Assembly (NCBI GenBank): GCA_047609165.1
Contig: JBLFYO010000001.1
Coordinates: 1-43,654, forward strand
Direction: 5' to 3'
DNA from: Francisella sp.
GTDB taxonomy: Bacteria; Pseudomonadota; Gammaproteobacteria; Francisellales; Francisellaceae
Length of the DNA: 43,654 nt
Shown here piece by piece: positions 8,763-16,902 of the stretch (the stretch's first letter is position 1; each line of letters opens with the position of its first letter). A program made the translations under genes and the position numbers. A model generated the notes under the pieces. The model ran no database searches and was not told where the DNA came from. It was given only the letters and a program-made list of their open reading frames with translations.

Positions 8763-10354
8763 CTATATCTCAAATTCTAGAATTTTTTGAAAATTTCGAA
8801 AAACGATTCTGTCATCCTGAACTTGTTTCAGGATCTCATAATAATTCACAGATTAAGTCATTATATCTTGATAGCCGTAAATGTGATAAACAGTCGGGAT
8901 TTATTGCACTTAAAGGTTTATCTAGTGATGGGAATGATTATATAGAAGAAGTGATGGCTAAGGGCGTGAAGCTAATTTTGAGTGATAGGTTGTTTTTGAA
9001 AAGTCTATCAGGCTGTCATTCTGAACTTGTTTCAGGATCTCATAAGAATGGTAATAGCTTATATAAAGTAGATTCCGGATCGGAGTCCGGAATGACGCTA
9101 GTTGTTTGTATCAAGGATTTAAAAGATAAATTAGCAGGTTTAGCACAGTGGTTTTATGATTATAAAAAGCCTGCAAATGTAATAGGTATAACAGGTACAA
9201 ATGGTAAAACCTCTATTTCTAACTATATAGCTCAATTTTTAACATTAAATAATTCAGCTACATTACTTTTAGGTACAAATGGTAATGGTATTTATCCAAA
9301 TCTTTTAGAGAGTACTCATACTACTTTGGATGTGCTTTCATTGTATGAAACTATATCTTGTATGAATAGTGAGATTCTGAATCAAGTTCAGAATGACGGT
9401 CTGTGTATTGGAGGGGAATTTAGAAACTTAGTGATGGAGGTTTCTTCACATTCATTAGATCAAGGGCGTACAAAAGGTTTAGATTTTGATGTCGCAGTTT
9501 TTAGTAATCTCACACAAGATCACCTAGACTACCATAAAACTATGGAAAACTACTTTTTAGCAAAAGCTAAACTATTTCAAAATGACACTCTTAGATGTTC
9601 GATAATAAATATAGATGATGAGTACGGCAAAAGGCTTGTGAATTTAGCAAAAGGCAAAGTTCTGACAGTCAGTTTGAAATCAAAGAATGCTGATATTTAT
9701 TTACAAGTTTTAAGTGCTGATAATATGATTACAAGTTTTTCACTATATGACTCTTGTCAAAAAGTGGGTGAGTATAAAACTACTCTTTTAGGTGAGTTTA
9801 ATCTTATGAATCTTGCTTTGAGTATTACGGTTTTAAAAGCTAATAATAATTTTGAGAATATCTTAGAAAATATAGCAAATATTCAACCAGTAAAAGGGCG
9901 TATGGAAGTTATTTCACTTAAAAAAAATGTTCAAGTGATCATAGACTATGCACATACTCCTGATGCGTTAGAAAATGTCCTAAAAACTTTACAGCAATAC
10001 AAACCACATAAGCTATGGTGTATATTTGGTTGTGGTGGTAATAGAGATACTTCTAAGCGAGCTATAATGGCAAGTATCGCTGAGAAATATGCTGATAAAG
10101 TGGTTGTGACGGAAGACAATAATCGCTTTGAAGCAGTTCATAATATATTTGCAGATATAAAAACTGGTTTTGATAATCTAGCTAATCATACTTTTATAGA
10201 TTCTCGAGAAAAGGCTGTAAAGTATGCTATAGAGAATGCTGAAAGTGGAGATATTATCTTATTAGCAGGTAAAGGGCATGAGTGCTATTTGGATAAGAAT
10301 GGTGTTAAAGAATATTTTGATGAGAGGTTGGTTATAAGTAAGTATAACCAGTAA
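8756..10354 (+). CDS. murE: UDP-N-acetylmuramoyl-L-alanyl-D-glutamate--2,6-diaminopimelate ligase carrying three in-frame palindromic insertions
   Basis: DSRK, GITGTNGKT P-loop, MEVSSH, NLTQDHLDYH, DYAHTPD, FGCGGNRD..KR, EDNNR and AGKGHE. The start is probably ATG 8756 (MKSISQ) rather than 8738. Confidence 0.95.
   Translation: MKSISQILEFFENFEKRFCHPELVSGSHNNSQIKSLYLDSRKCDKQSGFIALKGLSSDGNDYIEEVMAKGVKLILSDRLFLKSLSGCHSELVSGSHKNGNSLYKVDSGSESGMTLVVCIKDLKDKLAGLAQWFYDYKKPANVIGITGTNGKTSISNYIAQFLTLNNSATLLLGTNGNGIYPNLLESTHTTLDVLSLYETISCMNSEILNQVQNDGLCIGGEFRNLVMEVSSHSLDQGRTKGLDFDVAVFSNLTQDHLDYHKTMENYFLAKAKLFQNDTLRCSIINIDDEYGKRLVNLAKGKVLTVSLKSKNADIYLQVLSADNMITSFSLYDSCQKVGEYKTTLLGEFNLMNLALSITVLKANNNFENILENIANIQPVKGRMEVISLKKNVQVIIDYAHTPDALENVLKTLQQYKPHKLWCIFGCGGNRDTSKRAIMASIAEKYADKVVVTEDNNRFEAVHNIFADIKTGFDNLANHTFIDSREKAVKYAIENAESGDIILLAGKGHECYLDKNGVKEYFDERLVISKYNQ
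8809..8841 (+). repeat. In-frame palindromic arm no. 1 in murE (encodes CHPELVSGSH)
   Basis: CTGTCATCCTGAACTTGTTTCAGGATCTCATAA with an 8-bp stem ATCCTGAA/TTCAGGAT; 32/33 identical to 9013-9045. Confidence 0.9.
9013..9097 (+). repeat. In-frame complete two-arm palindromic element no. 2 in murE (encodes CHSELVSGSHKNGNSLYKVDSGSESGMT)
   Basis: Left arm 9013-9045; right arm AGATTCCGGATCGGAGTCCGGAATGACG with an 8-bp stem at 9072-9093; GTCAT/ATGAC termini. Confidence 0.9.
9370..9399 (+). repeat. In-frame palindromic arm no. 3 in murE (encodes EILNQVQNDG)
   Basis: TGAGATTCTGAATCAAGTTCAGAATGACGG with an 8-bp stem ATTCTGAA/TTCAGAAT; matches the right arm at 2733-2761. Confidence 0.9.
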
Positions 10355-10432
10355 ATAAAATTAGATATTTGATATAAACTAAACTATAAAAAAGCTATAA
10401 TAATTTCAATAGATTTTATAAGTAAAAAATAA

Positions 10433-10669
10433 TGGCACAATCAATCTTCCTATACAAGTAAGTTTAGTTATTCAATAAATTTCTATGCTAAAGATGCAGA
10501 TGAATTAGGTGTTTTATTACCTATAAAAAACAATCAACCAAACTATGAGCTAATGGAAACACTAATTTCAGCAGTCCAAAAGCTAGTTATCAAAGATGTG
10601 GTTTTGTATGCTGATAAAAAGATAGATGCTACAAAAGGTATTGTAAAAAACACTACCCCGTCAGTCTAG
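10433..10669 (+). pseudogene. C-terminal remnant resembling a restriction-modification specificity (S) subunit
   Basis: Open frame with no start codon at its 5' end: WHNQSSYTSKFSYSINFYAKDADELGVLLPIKNNQPNYELMETLISAVQKLVIKDVVLYADKKIDATKGIVKNTTPSV*. The LP..N.PxYxxME..I.A.QKLVIKDVV pattern recalls S-subunit C-termini. Confidence 0.55.
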
Positions 10670-10775
10670 TGACTGCCACCCCCTTCAAGAATTTGAAGGG
10701 GAATGTACTAAGCTAAAGTAAGATCATTCCCCTTCGAGTGTCGAAGGGGTGGGCTGCGGAGCAGGTCGGGGTAGT
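10652..10775. repeat. GC-rich REP doublet (two inverted units of about 52 bp)
   Basis: Ends ACTACCCCG/CGGGGTAGT; internal 9-bp stems CCCCTTCAA-GAAT-TTGAAGGGG (10680-10701) and CCCCTTCGA-GTG-TCGAAGGGG (10729-10749). Confidence 0.85.
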
Positions 10776-10815
10776 ACTTAAAAAAAGAGTATCCTAAATA
10801 TTTGTGGAGAAAACA

Positions 10816-12180
10816 ATGATTAAATCATTAAAAAAATTAGCAATCCAAGCAGGATTTGAATATATCGGCAACGATGTAAGTATTGAAAGCATTTCTATAA
10901 ATTCAAATGCCATAAAAGCTAATAGCTTATTTGTAGCAATAGTAGCAAATCGTGATGGACATGAGTTTATACCGAGTGCAATAGCTAATGGTACTAAAGC
11001 GTTGCTTATATCAAAGAAACAAGATGATATTACTATCCCACAAATTATCTGTTCAAACACGATCAAAGCACTACGAGTATTAGCTAAAGAGTATCGTAAA
11101 AGCTTAAATATGCCGATTATTTCATTAACTGGTAGTTGTGGTAAAACCTCCGTTAAAGAAATGATAGTGACTTTATTGAGTGGTAGAAAAGTTCATTTTA
11201 CTCAAGGTAATTTAAATAATTATCTCGGTGTGCCGATGACTATACTAGAAACTCCTCAGGATGCTGAATTTACTGTGATAGAAGCAGGGACAAATGTAGG
11301 TGGCGAAATATTTGCTGCTGCTGAGATTATTCAACCAACTATAGCGATGATTACAAATGTAGGTGCTTGTCATTTAGAAAATCTCAAGACTCTTGATGGC
11401 GTGATGACAGAAAAGGGTGAGCTACTAAAAGCATTACCAAAAGATGGTGTTTGCATAGTAAATCTTGATGATGAGAAAATACCTCGTTATGCCAATAATT
11501 TAGATTGTAAAAAAATTACTTGTTCGATGAGTAATTCTAAAGCTGATATTTTTATAAAAAAATATACTATGAATAACGATAGTTACGATATTCAAATTAG
11601 TATTTTTGGTAAGGTTTATAGTTATAAAATACCTGCGATAGGTAAACATAATTTATTTAATAGTGTAATGGCAATAGCATCTATAGTTGCTGCAGGATTA
11701 GAGCCTAAAGAGTTTCTAAAAAACACTATTAATATTCAAAGTTATAAAGGGCGTTTTTCATCACAGAAAATCACGAAAAGTTTAATGCTAGTAGATGATA
11801 CCTATAACGCAAGTGCGACAGCAGTTAAAGCAGCTATTGAAGATTTGTCAGAGTTTGATGGTAAAAAAATATTGGCTATAAGCTCAATGCGAGAACTTGG
11901 TGATGAAGCTCAAAATTATCATACGCAAATGGGTCAATGGATAGCTAAAGCTAATCTTGATAGAGTGTTTTTGTTTGGAAGTGATGAAGATTTGAACTTT
12001 ACACTTTTAGCATTAAAAAATGATGCTAGAGTGAAGTTGTATAGCTCAAAAGATGCTTTAGGCAAAGATCTATTTAGTTGTATAAAGTTATTCAAAAACC
12101 AAGCTACTAAAGTAATTGTCAAAGGTGCTAGATTTTATGAGATGGAAGATTTTGTGAGGGTTATAGAAGAGAGTGCTTAA
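10816..12180 (+). CDS. murF: UDP-N-acetylmuramoyl-tripeptide--D-alanyl-D-alanine ligase
   Basis: RDGHEF, LTGSCGKT, GNLNNYLGVP, DDTYNAS and MRELG; GGAG RBS before ATG 10816. Confidence 0.95.
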   Translation: MIKSLKKLAIQAGFEYIGNDVSIESISINSNAIKANSLFVAIVANRDGHEFIPSAIANGTKALLISKKQDDITIPQIICSNTIKALRVLAKEYRKSLNMPIISLTGSCGKTSVKEMIVTLLSGRKVHFTQGNLNNYLGVPMTILETPQDAEFTVIEAGTNVGGEIFAAAEIIQPTIAMITNVGACHLENLKTLDGVMTEKGELLKALPKDGVCIVNLDDEKIPRYANNLDCKKITCSMSNSKADIFIKKYTMNNDSYDIQISIFGKVYSYKIPAIGKHNLFNSVMAIASIVAAGLEPKEFLKNTINIQSYKGRFSSQKITKSLMLVDDTYNASATAVKAAIEDLSEFDGKKILAISSMRELGDEAQNYHTQMGQWIAKANLDRVFLFGSDEDLNFTLLALKNDARVKLYSSKDALGKDLFSCIKLFKNQATKVIVKGARFYEMEDFVRVIEESA

Positions 12181-12183
12181 TTT

Positions 12184-12984
12184 CTATTTCTTACTTTGAA
12201 ATCTCGAAGATATGAATGCTCCTGCTAATACACCAATTACTATAATAACTATCATAATAGTTGCTAGAGCATTTATCTCTGGCGTAGGACCATTTTTAAC
12301 TGTTGAATATATATACATCGGTAGAGTAGGATTATCGCTTCCTGCAACAAATTCTGTAACAACCAAATCATCTATAGATAGTGTGAATGTAAGTAGGGCA
12401 GATGCTATCAATGCAGGCAATAACTGAGGCACCATTATGCTAAAGAATGTCTTGATTGGTCCAGCTCCTAAGTCCATAGCAGCTTCTTCTTGAGATATAT
12501 CAACACTAGCAATACGAGATTGCATAACTATAGTTACATAAGCTGTACACATTGTGACATGAGCAATAACTACAGTCGTAGTACCTCGTTCTGAAGGCCA
12601 GCCTATTATTTGTCCTAAAGCGGAAAACATCAGCAAAAAAGCTACACCTAAGATAATGTCTGGTAGTACCAAAGGAATAGCAACTAACCCATATAAAAAG
12701 CTACGACTTCTAAAAAAATGAAATCGAGTAATCGCATAAGCTACTATAGTTCCAAGGATTGTTGAAATGATAGCTGTTATTGATGCTATCTTTAGGCTGG
12801 TAATTGTCGCATTGATTATGTCTGTGTCATTTACAGCTTCATGATACCAGTTAAAAGTAAATCCACCCCATAAGTTAATGATTTCAGAATCACTAAATGA
12901 AAATACTACTAATACAACTAAGGGGATGTATAAAAATATCAGCCCTAAAACGAGCATGATATTACTAAATGATAATTTTTTCAT
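12184..12984 (-). CDS. potI: Putrescine/polyamine ABC transporter permease
   Basis: FLYIPLVVLVVFSF, the EAA loop EEAAMDLGA, and FTLSIDD. Confidence 0.9.
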   Translation of the reverse strand: MKKLSFSNIMLVLGLIFLYIPLVVLVVFSFSDSEIINLWGGFTFNWYHEAVNDTDIINATITSLKIASITAIISTILGTIVAYAITRFHFFRSRSFLYGLVAIPLVLPDIILGVAFLLMFSALGQIIGWPSERGTTTVVIAHVTMCTAYVTIVMQSRIASVDISQEEAAMDLGAGPIKTFFSIMVPQLLPALIASALLTFTLSIDDLVVTEFVAGSDNPTLPMYIYSTVKNGPTPEINALATIMIVIIVIGVLAGAFISSRFQSKK

Positions 12985-12997
12985 GTGTTAGTATTCC

Positions 12998-13879
12998 TTA
13001 TAAAAAAGTTTTTTTGACTTGGATTCGTTGCATCCACATAATTGGTATAGCAAGTATGATTATCAATACTACAGATATAGCCGCAGCCATACCCCAATTG
13101 TTTGAAGTGAAAAACTCTTCCCAAATAATATTACCAATCATTAGAGAATTCATTCCCCCCATGATTTGTGGTACGACAACTTCACCAACTGCTGGTATAA
13201 ATATAAGTAAACTACCCGCTATAAGCCCAGGCATAGAAAGTGGTAAGGTAATTTTGAAAAATGAGTTTATAGGCTTTGAACCTAAATCTTCGGCAGCATC
13301 GTAGAGTATAGGGTCTATCTTTATAAGCGTGCTATATAGTGGCAGTACTAAAAATGGCAAGTAGCAATAAACCATACCCAAATACATAGAAAAATCATTG
13401 TATAACAACGCCATGCTTGGAAAGCCTAAGCTCATCAAAAACTTATTAAAAGTATGATTGCCTAGTAGTGTAACCCATGCGTAAGTTCTAAGTAAAAAAG
13501 ATGTCCAATACGGAATAACTATCAAAATCAAAAATAATATCTGCACTTTTTGCTTCGCTCTTGATAGTGCCAAAGCCATTGGATAGCCAATCAATATACA
13601 TAGCAAAGTTGTAATAAAAGCCACTTTTATAGAATTAAAAAGGGCTATAAAGATGATGTTGAAATGAATAAGTTCGATGTAATTTGTAAAATATAGCGTT
13701 AGATGTAGAGTATTGTTTTGATAGTCTAAGATAGAAGATACCGGAGGTGTGCCATTTACAGGTATAGTAAAACTTATTGTAATTACAAACAAAAATGGAA
13801 TCAGTAAGAAAACTATAAACCATACAAATGGAATCAAATATACTAGCGTATGCCTAAAACTTTTCTGTAAATTTTGCAT
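12998..13879 (-). CDS. potH: Putrescine/polyamine ABC transporter permease
   Basis: PYWTSFLLRTYAW and DAAEDLGS; the likely start ATG 13879 overlaps the potG stop (TAATG). Confidence 0.9.
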   Translation of the reverse strand: MQNLQKSFRHTLVYLIPFVWFIVFLLIPFLFVITISFTIPVNGTPPVSSILDYQNNTLHLTLYFTNYIELIHFNIIFIALFNSIKVAFITTLLCILIGYPMALALSRAKQKVQILFLILIVIPYWTSFLLRTYAWVTLLGNHTFNKFLMSLGFPSMALLYNDFSMYLGMVYCYLPFLVLPLYSTLIKIDPILYDAAEDLGSKPINSFFKITLPLSMPGLIAGSLLIFIPAVGEVVVPQIMGGMNSLMIGNIIWEEFFTSNNWGMAAAISVVLIIILAIPIMWMQRIQVKKTFL

Positions 13880-15000
13880 TATGAATATAGCACCATGATG
13901 TTTTGAGATTCCCAAGTCAAGTAAACCTCATCTTTCCAGGATGGATGATCGGCATTTCTCTCTACATTAAAATCAGTAGCTTTTACAATCTGACCTTTTT
14001 CTGTACGCACATGGTAAGTAGATAATCCACCAAGATAAGCGATATCTTCAACTATACCTTTGATGCAATTTACAGGATTTTGAGGATTGTAATCTGCAGG
14101 AATTTCTTTTGAAATAGATATCTTCTCCGGTCTTATACCAACCCAAATTTCTTGATCTTCAACTGCTTCGATATTTCGCTCTAATACAAATGAAGTATTT
14201 GCCTGGTCTGATGTTATAATACTTTTTGAGTGAGATATTTCATCTACGCGACCTTCAAAGATTGCACTTTTACCGATAAAATTAGCGACAAATTTACTTT
14301 TGGGAAATTCATAAATCTCAGTAGGAGGACTAACTTGCTCAAGCCAACCATCCGACATAATTCCTATACGAGTAGACATTGTCATAGCTTCTTCTTGATC
14401 ATGTGTAACCATAATAAAAGTACTACCAGTTTGCTCTTGAATATCTACTAGTTCAAATTGCATCTGATCGCGTAAATTTTTGTCTAAAGCAGAAAGTGGT
14501 TCATCAAGTAGAATAAGTTTAGGTCGTTTAGCTAAACATCTTGCTAGTGCAACTCGTTGGCGTTGTCCACCTGATAGTTGATGAGGTTTTCGATTAGCTA
14601 AATGCTCCATTTTAATGATTTTTAAAGCAGAATCTGTAGCTGCTTCAATATCGTGTTTTGCTAAAGATTTTTCCTGCTTTAAGCCAAACATGATATTTTG
14701 CTTGATATTCATGTGAGGAAATAGAGCGTAAGACTGAAACATCATGTTTATAGGTCTTTTATATGGCGGCATATTCGACATATCTACACCGTCGATTATA
14801 ATCTTACCATCAGTAGGTTTCTCAAAGCCTGCAATCATCCTTAAAAGTGTACTTTTACCACTTCCTGAACCACCTAATAAAGAAAAAAATTCTTTCGGAT
14901 AGACATCTAAGTTAACAGAGTCAACAGCTAAGTGACCATCATCAAATTGCTTAGAAATATTCTTTATAGAAACTAAGGGCTTCTTGGATATTTTGCTCAT
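13879..15000 (-). CDS. potG: Putrescine/polyamine ABC transporter ATP-binding subunit
   Basis: Walker A GGSGSGKST, signature LSGGQRQR, Walker B ILLDEP, and a C-terminal TOBE-like region. Confidence 0.92.
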   Translation of the reverse strand: MSKISKKPLVSIKNISKQFDDGHLAVDSVNLDVYPKEFFSLLGGSGSGKSTLLRMIAGFEKPTDGKIIIDGVDMSNMPPYKRPINMMFQSYALFPHMNIKQNIMFGLKQEKSLAKHDIEAATDSALKIIKMEHLANRKPHQLSGGQRQRVALARCLAKRPKLILLDEPLSALDKNLRDQMQFELVDIQEQTGSTFIMVTHDQEEAMTMSTRIGIMSDGWLEQVSPPTEIYEFPKSKFVANFIGKSAIFEGRVDEISHSKSIITSDQANTSFVLERNIEAVEDQEIWVGIRPEKISISKEIPADYNPQNPVNCIKGIVEDIAYLGGLSTYHVRTEKGQIVKATDFNVERNADHPSWKDEVYLTWESQNIMVLYS

Positions 15001-15282
15001 TAGTAAGACCTGTATTTAAAGTATTAAAAAAAGATGTTTAATGATATGCAATTTTGAAAAATAAGAAAAGAAAATATTGATATTAATTTGGATTAATTGC
15101 TGGTGTTACGGACTTATACCAATCTTAATACATATTGCTACTTTCTTACTTTGTATTTCACACCTAATTTAACTCTTTCATATTTGGCAATAGCTATTGC
15201 TATTACCTGCACATTAAAACTTAAATCAGGCATAAACTCTTTTGTGATAATTATATCAATATGTATTAGGATTAGCCTTATT

Positions 15283-15306
15283 GTAGGGACAAGCCGTGAC
15301 TTGTCC
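15283..15306 (+). repeat. GTAG-family REP unit
   Basis: GTAG-GGACAAG-CCGTGA-CTTGTCC: a GTAG tetranucleotide followed by a 7-bp perfect stem. Confidence 0.65.
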
Positions 15307-15356
15307 ATCACAAAATGATTGCGATATTTAGAAAAAATAAAAAGTCCGTAACTTCA

Positions 15357-16811
15357 TTAATTAGTTTCAAAAACTTTGTTTAATTGCTTTGATATCAAGC
15401 AATAGATACCAACAACAATAGTAGTGACAATAGCTAAACTAATAAATAAATTCATGTATAGATGATTTGTGCCTAAAGCGGTTATTTCATGAGCATGGAG
15501 CTTGTTGCCTATGGTATAGTTTGCCATATACCCAGAAGCGACAATACCAACAGCAACACTTACAAAGAAGTAACCGGTAAATAGACCTTGATGTTTTGGA
15601 TCTATAAGTTTTCCAACTAAAGCGTAATTTGTTGCATTGATTTGTACTTCTCCACCACCAACTATTAGTAGCATGATTATTGGGAATATAAGATTTACTA
15701 TACCATTGCTATCACTAAATATTATTCCAATAGGAATTACTAAAAAAGCAATTATATAAAACGATAATCCACGAATTATGGTAATAGTAGGGTAAATAGT
15801 TTTATTAAGAGCATTTTTCTTAGCTATTATTTTAGCAAGTATTATCCCAAAAAATATGACACCTATAGTTTCAAAAGTATTTATAAATGCCGGAGAAAGG
15901 TTAATGCCTAGTAATGATTTGGTTGAGTTGTATTCTACAAAATTCTCAAGAGCTGATGTTTGCATACCAGTTACAAAAGCCATAATAATTGCAGTAGAGG
16001 ATAAAATTAAAAACACAAAGATTTTTGAACGATAAACAGAATCTTGCTTAACGGCTAAGTATATAAAACCTATTAAAGCTATAAAAAATGAAGATAAAAT
16101 TAAATCTACGCCGTACTGTGGATTTTTTATTAAAAGTAGAGAAAATATTAGACAGATTGCAATCATTAAAGGCATAACAATAAAACGAATCTTTTTCTTA
16201 GAAAAAACATTATAAAAATAAGTATCGTGGTCTTTTACATTCTTAAAGTTTTTTAGCTGTAAAATTGATGCGATTACTAATACAAATGAAGCAATGTAGA
16301 AAGCGGTGTTATAAGCTGAATAGCTTTGTAACATTCCAGATAGTGCAAAACAACAAAGAAAGCCGACATTCATAGCTGTATAGTTTACTGAAAAAGCCAT
16401 CTCTCTTCTTGTATCATCGGCTTTAAATAGTTGTGTAAGCATCATATTTAGGCAGCTAGTATTTAAACCAGCACCTGTGATAAATATAGCTAGTCCAACA
16501 ACGATAGCATCATAATCATGGGGCATTGCTATCAAAACCATACTAATAGCTTGTAGAATTAGACTTGTTAAAAATAATCCTCTAAAACTAAAGTATCGCC
16601 CACCAAGAGCACCACCTAAGAAATGCAATAAAAAGTTTAAGGCAAAAAAACTTGCAGTAAGAGTATTAGCCTCTGGTTTTGTAAAGCCAGCTTTGTTACT
16701 AAGGTAAAAATTCAGCATTCCGATCAATATGGCATAACCAGCTAAAGACATGATTTGAATAATATGTATTTGGACTACACCTTTTGGCATGGTTTTTATG
16801 TAATTAGACAT
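15357..16811 (-). CDS. Proton-dependent oligopeptide (POT/PTR, MFS) transporter
   Basis: 484 aa with many transmembrane segments; FSVNYTAMNVG; paralog of the upstream gene. Confidence 0.8.
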   Translation of the reverse strand: MSNYIKTMPKGVVQIHIIQIMSLAGYAILIGMLNFYLSNKAGFTKPEANTLTASFFALNFLLHFLGGALGGRYFSFRGLFLTSLILQAISMVLIAMPHDYDAIVVGLAIFITGAGLNTSCLNMMLTQLFKADDTRREMAFSVNYTAMNVGFLCCFALSGMLQSYSAYNTAFYIASFVLVIASILQLKNFKNVKDHDTYFYNVFSKKKIRFIVMPLMIAICLIFSLLLIKNPQYGVDLILSSFFIALIGFIYLAVKQDSVYRSKIFVFLILSSTAIIMAFVTGMQTSALENFVEYNSTKSLLGINLSPAFINTFETIGVIFFGIILAKIIAKKNALNKTIYPTITIIRGLSFYIIAFLVIPIGIIFSDSNGIVNLIFPIIMLLIVGGGEVQINATNYALVGKLIDPKHQGLFTGYFFVSVAVGIVASGYMANYTIGNKLHAHEITALGTNHLYMNLFISLAIVTTIVVGIYCLISKQLNKVFETN

Positions 16812-16902
16812 TAAACTCTTTTTATTTTTGTGTGTAAAAACATTATAAAGTAAAGAGTTATGGTTATAAATAGTATTTATTGTAAATGTGAATATATTTA
16901 AA

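Noticed and set aside
8809-9399. Near-identical 33-bp palindromic repeats considered as a CRISPR array
   Set aside because: Spacing is irregular (about 200-350 bp), orientation is mixed, the repeats sit inside a CDS, and there are no cas genes.
9410-9420. GGAGGGGAATT in murE resembling the end of the 10652-10775 REP family
   Set aside because: Too short to distinguish from chance.
15097-15318. 73-aa plus-strand ORF
   Set aside because: It has a TTG start, low-information composition and runs through a REP hairpin, so it is likely non-coding.
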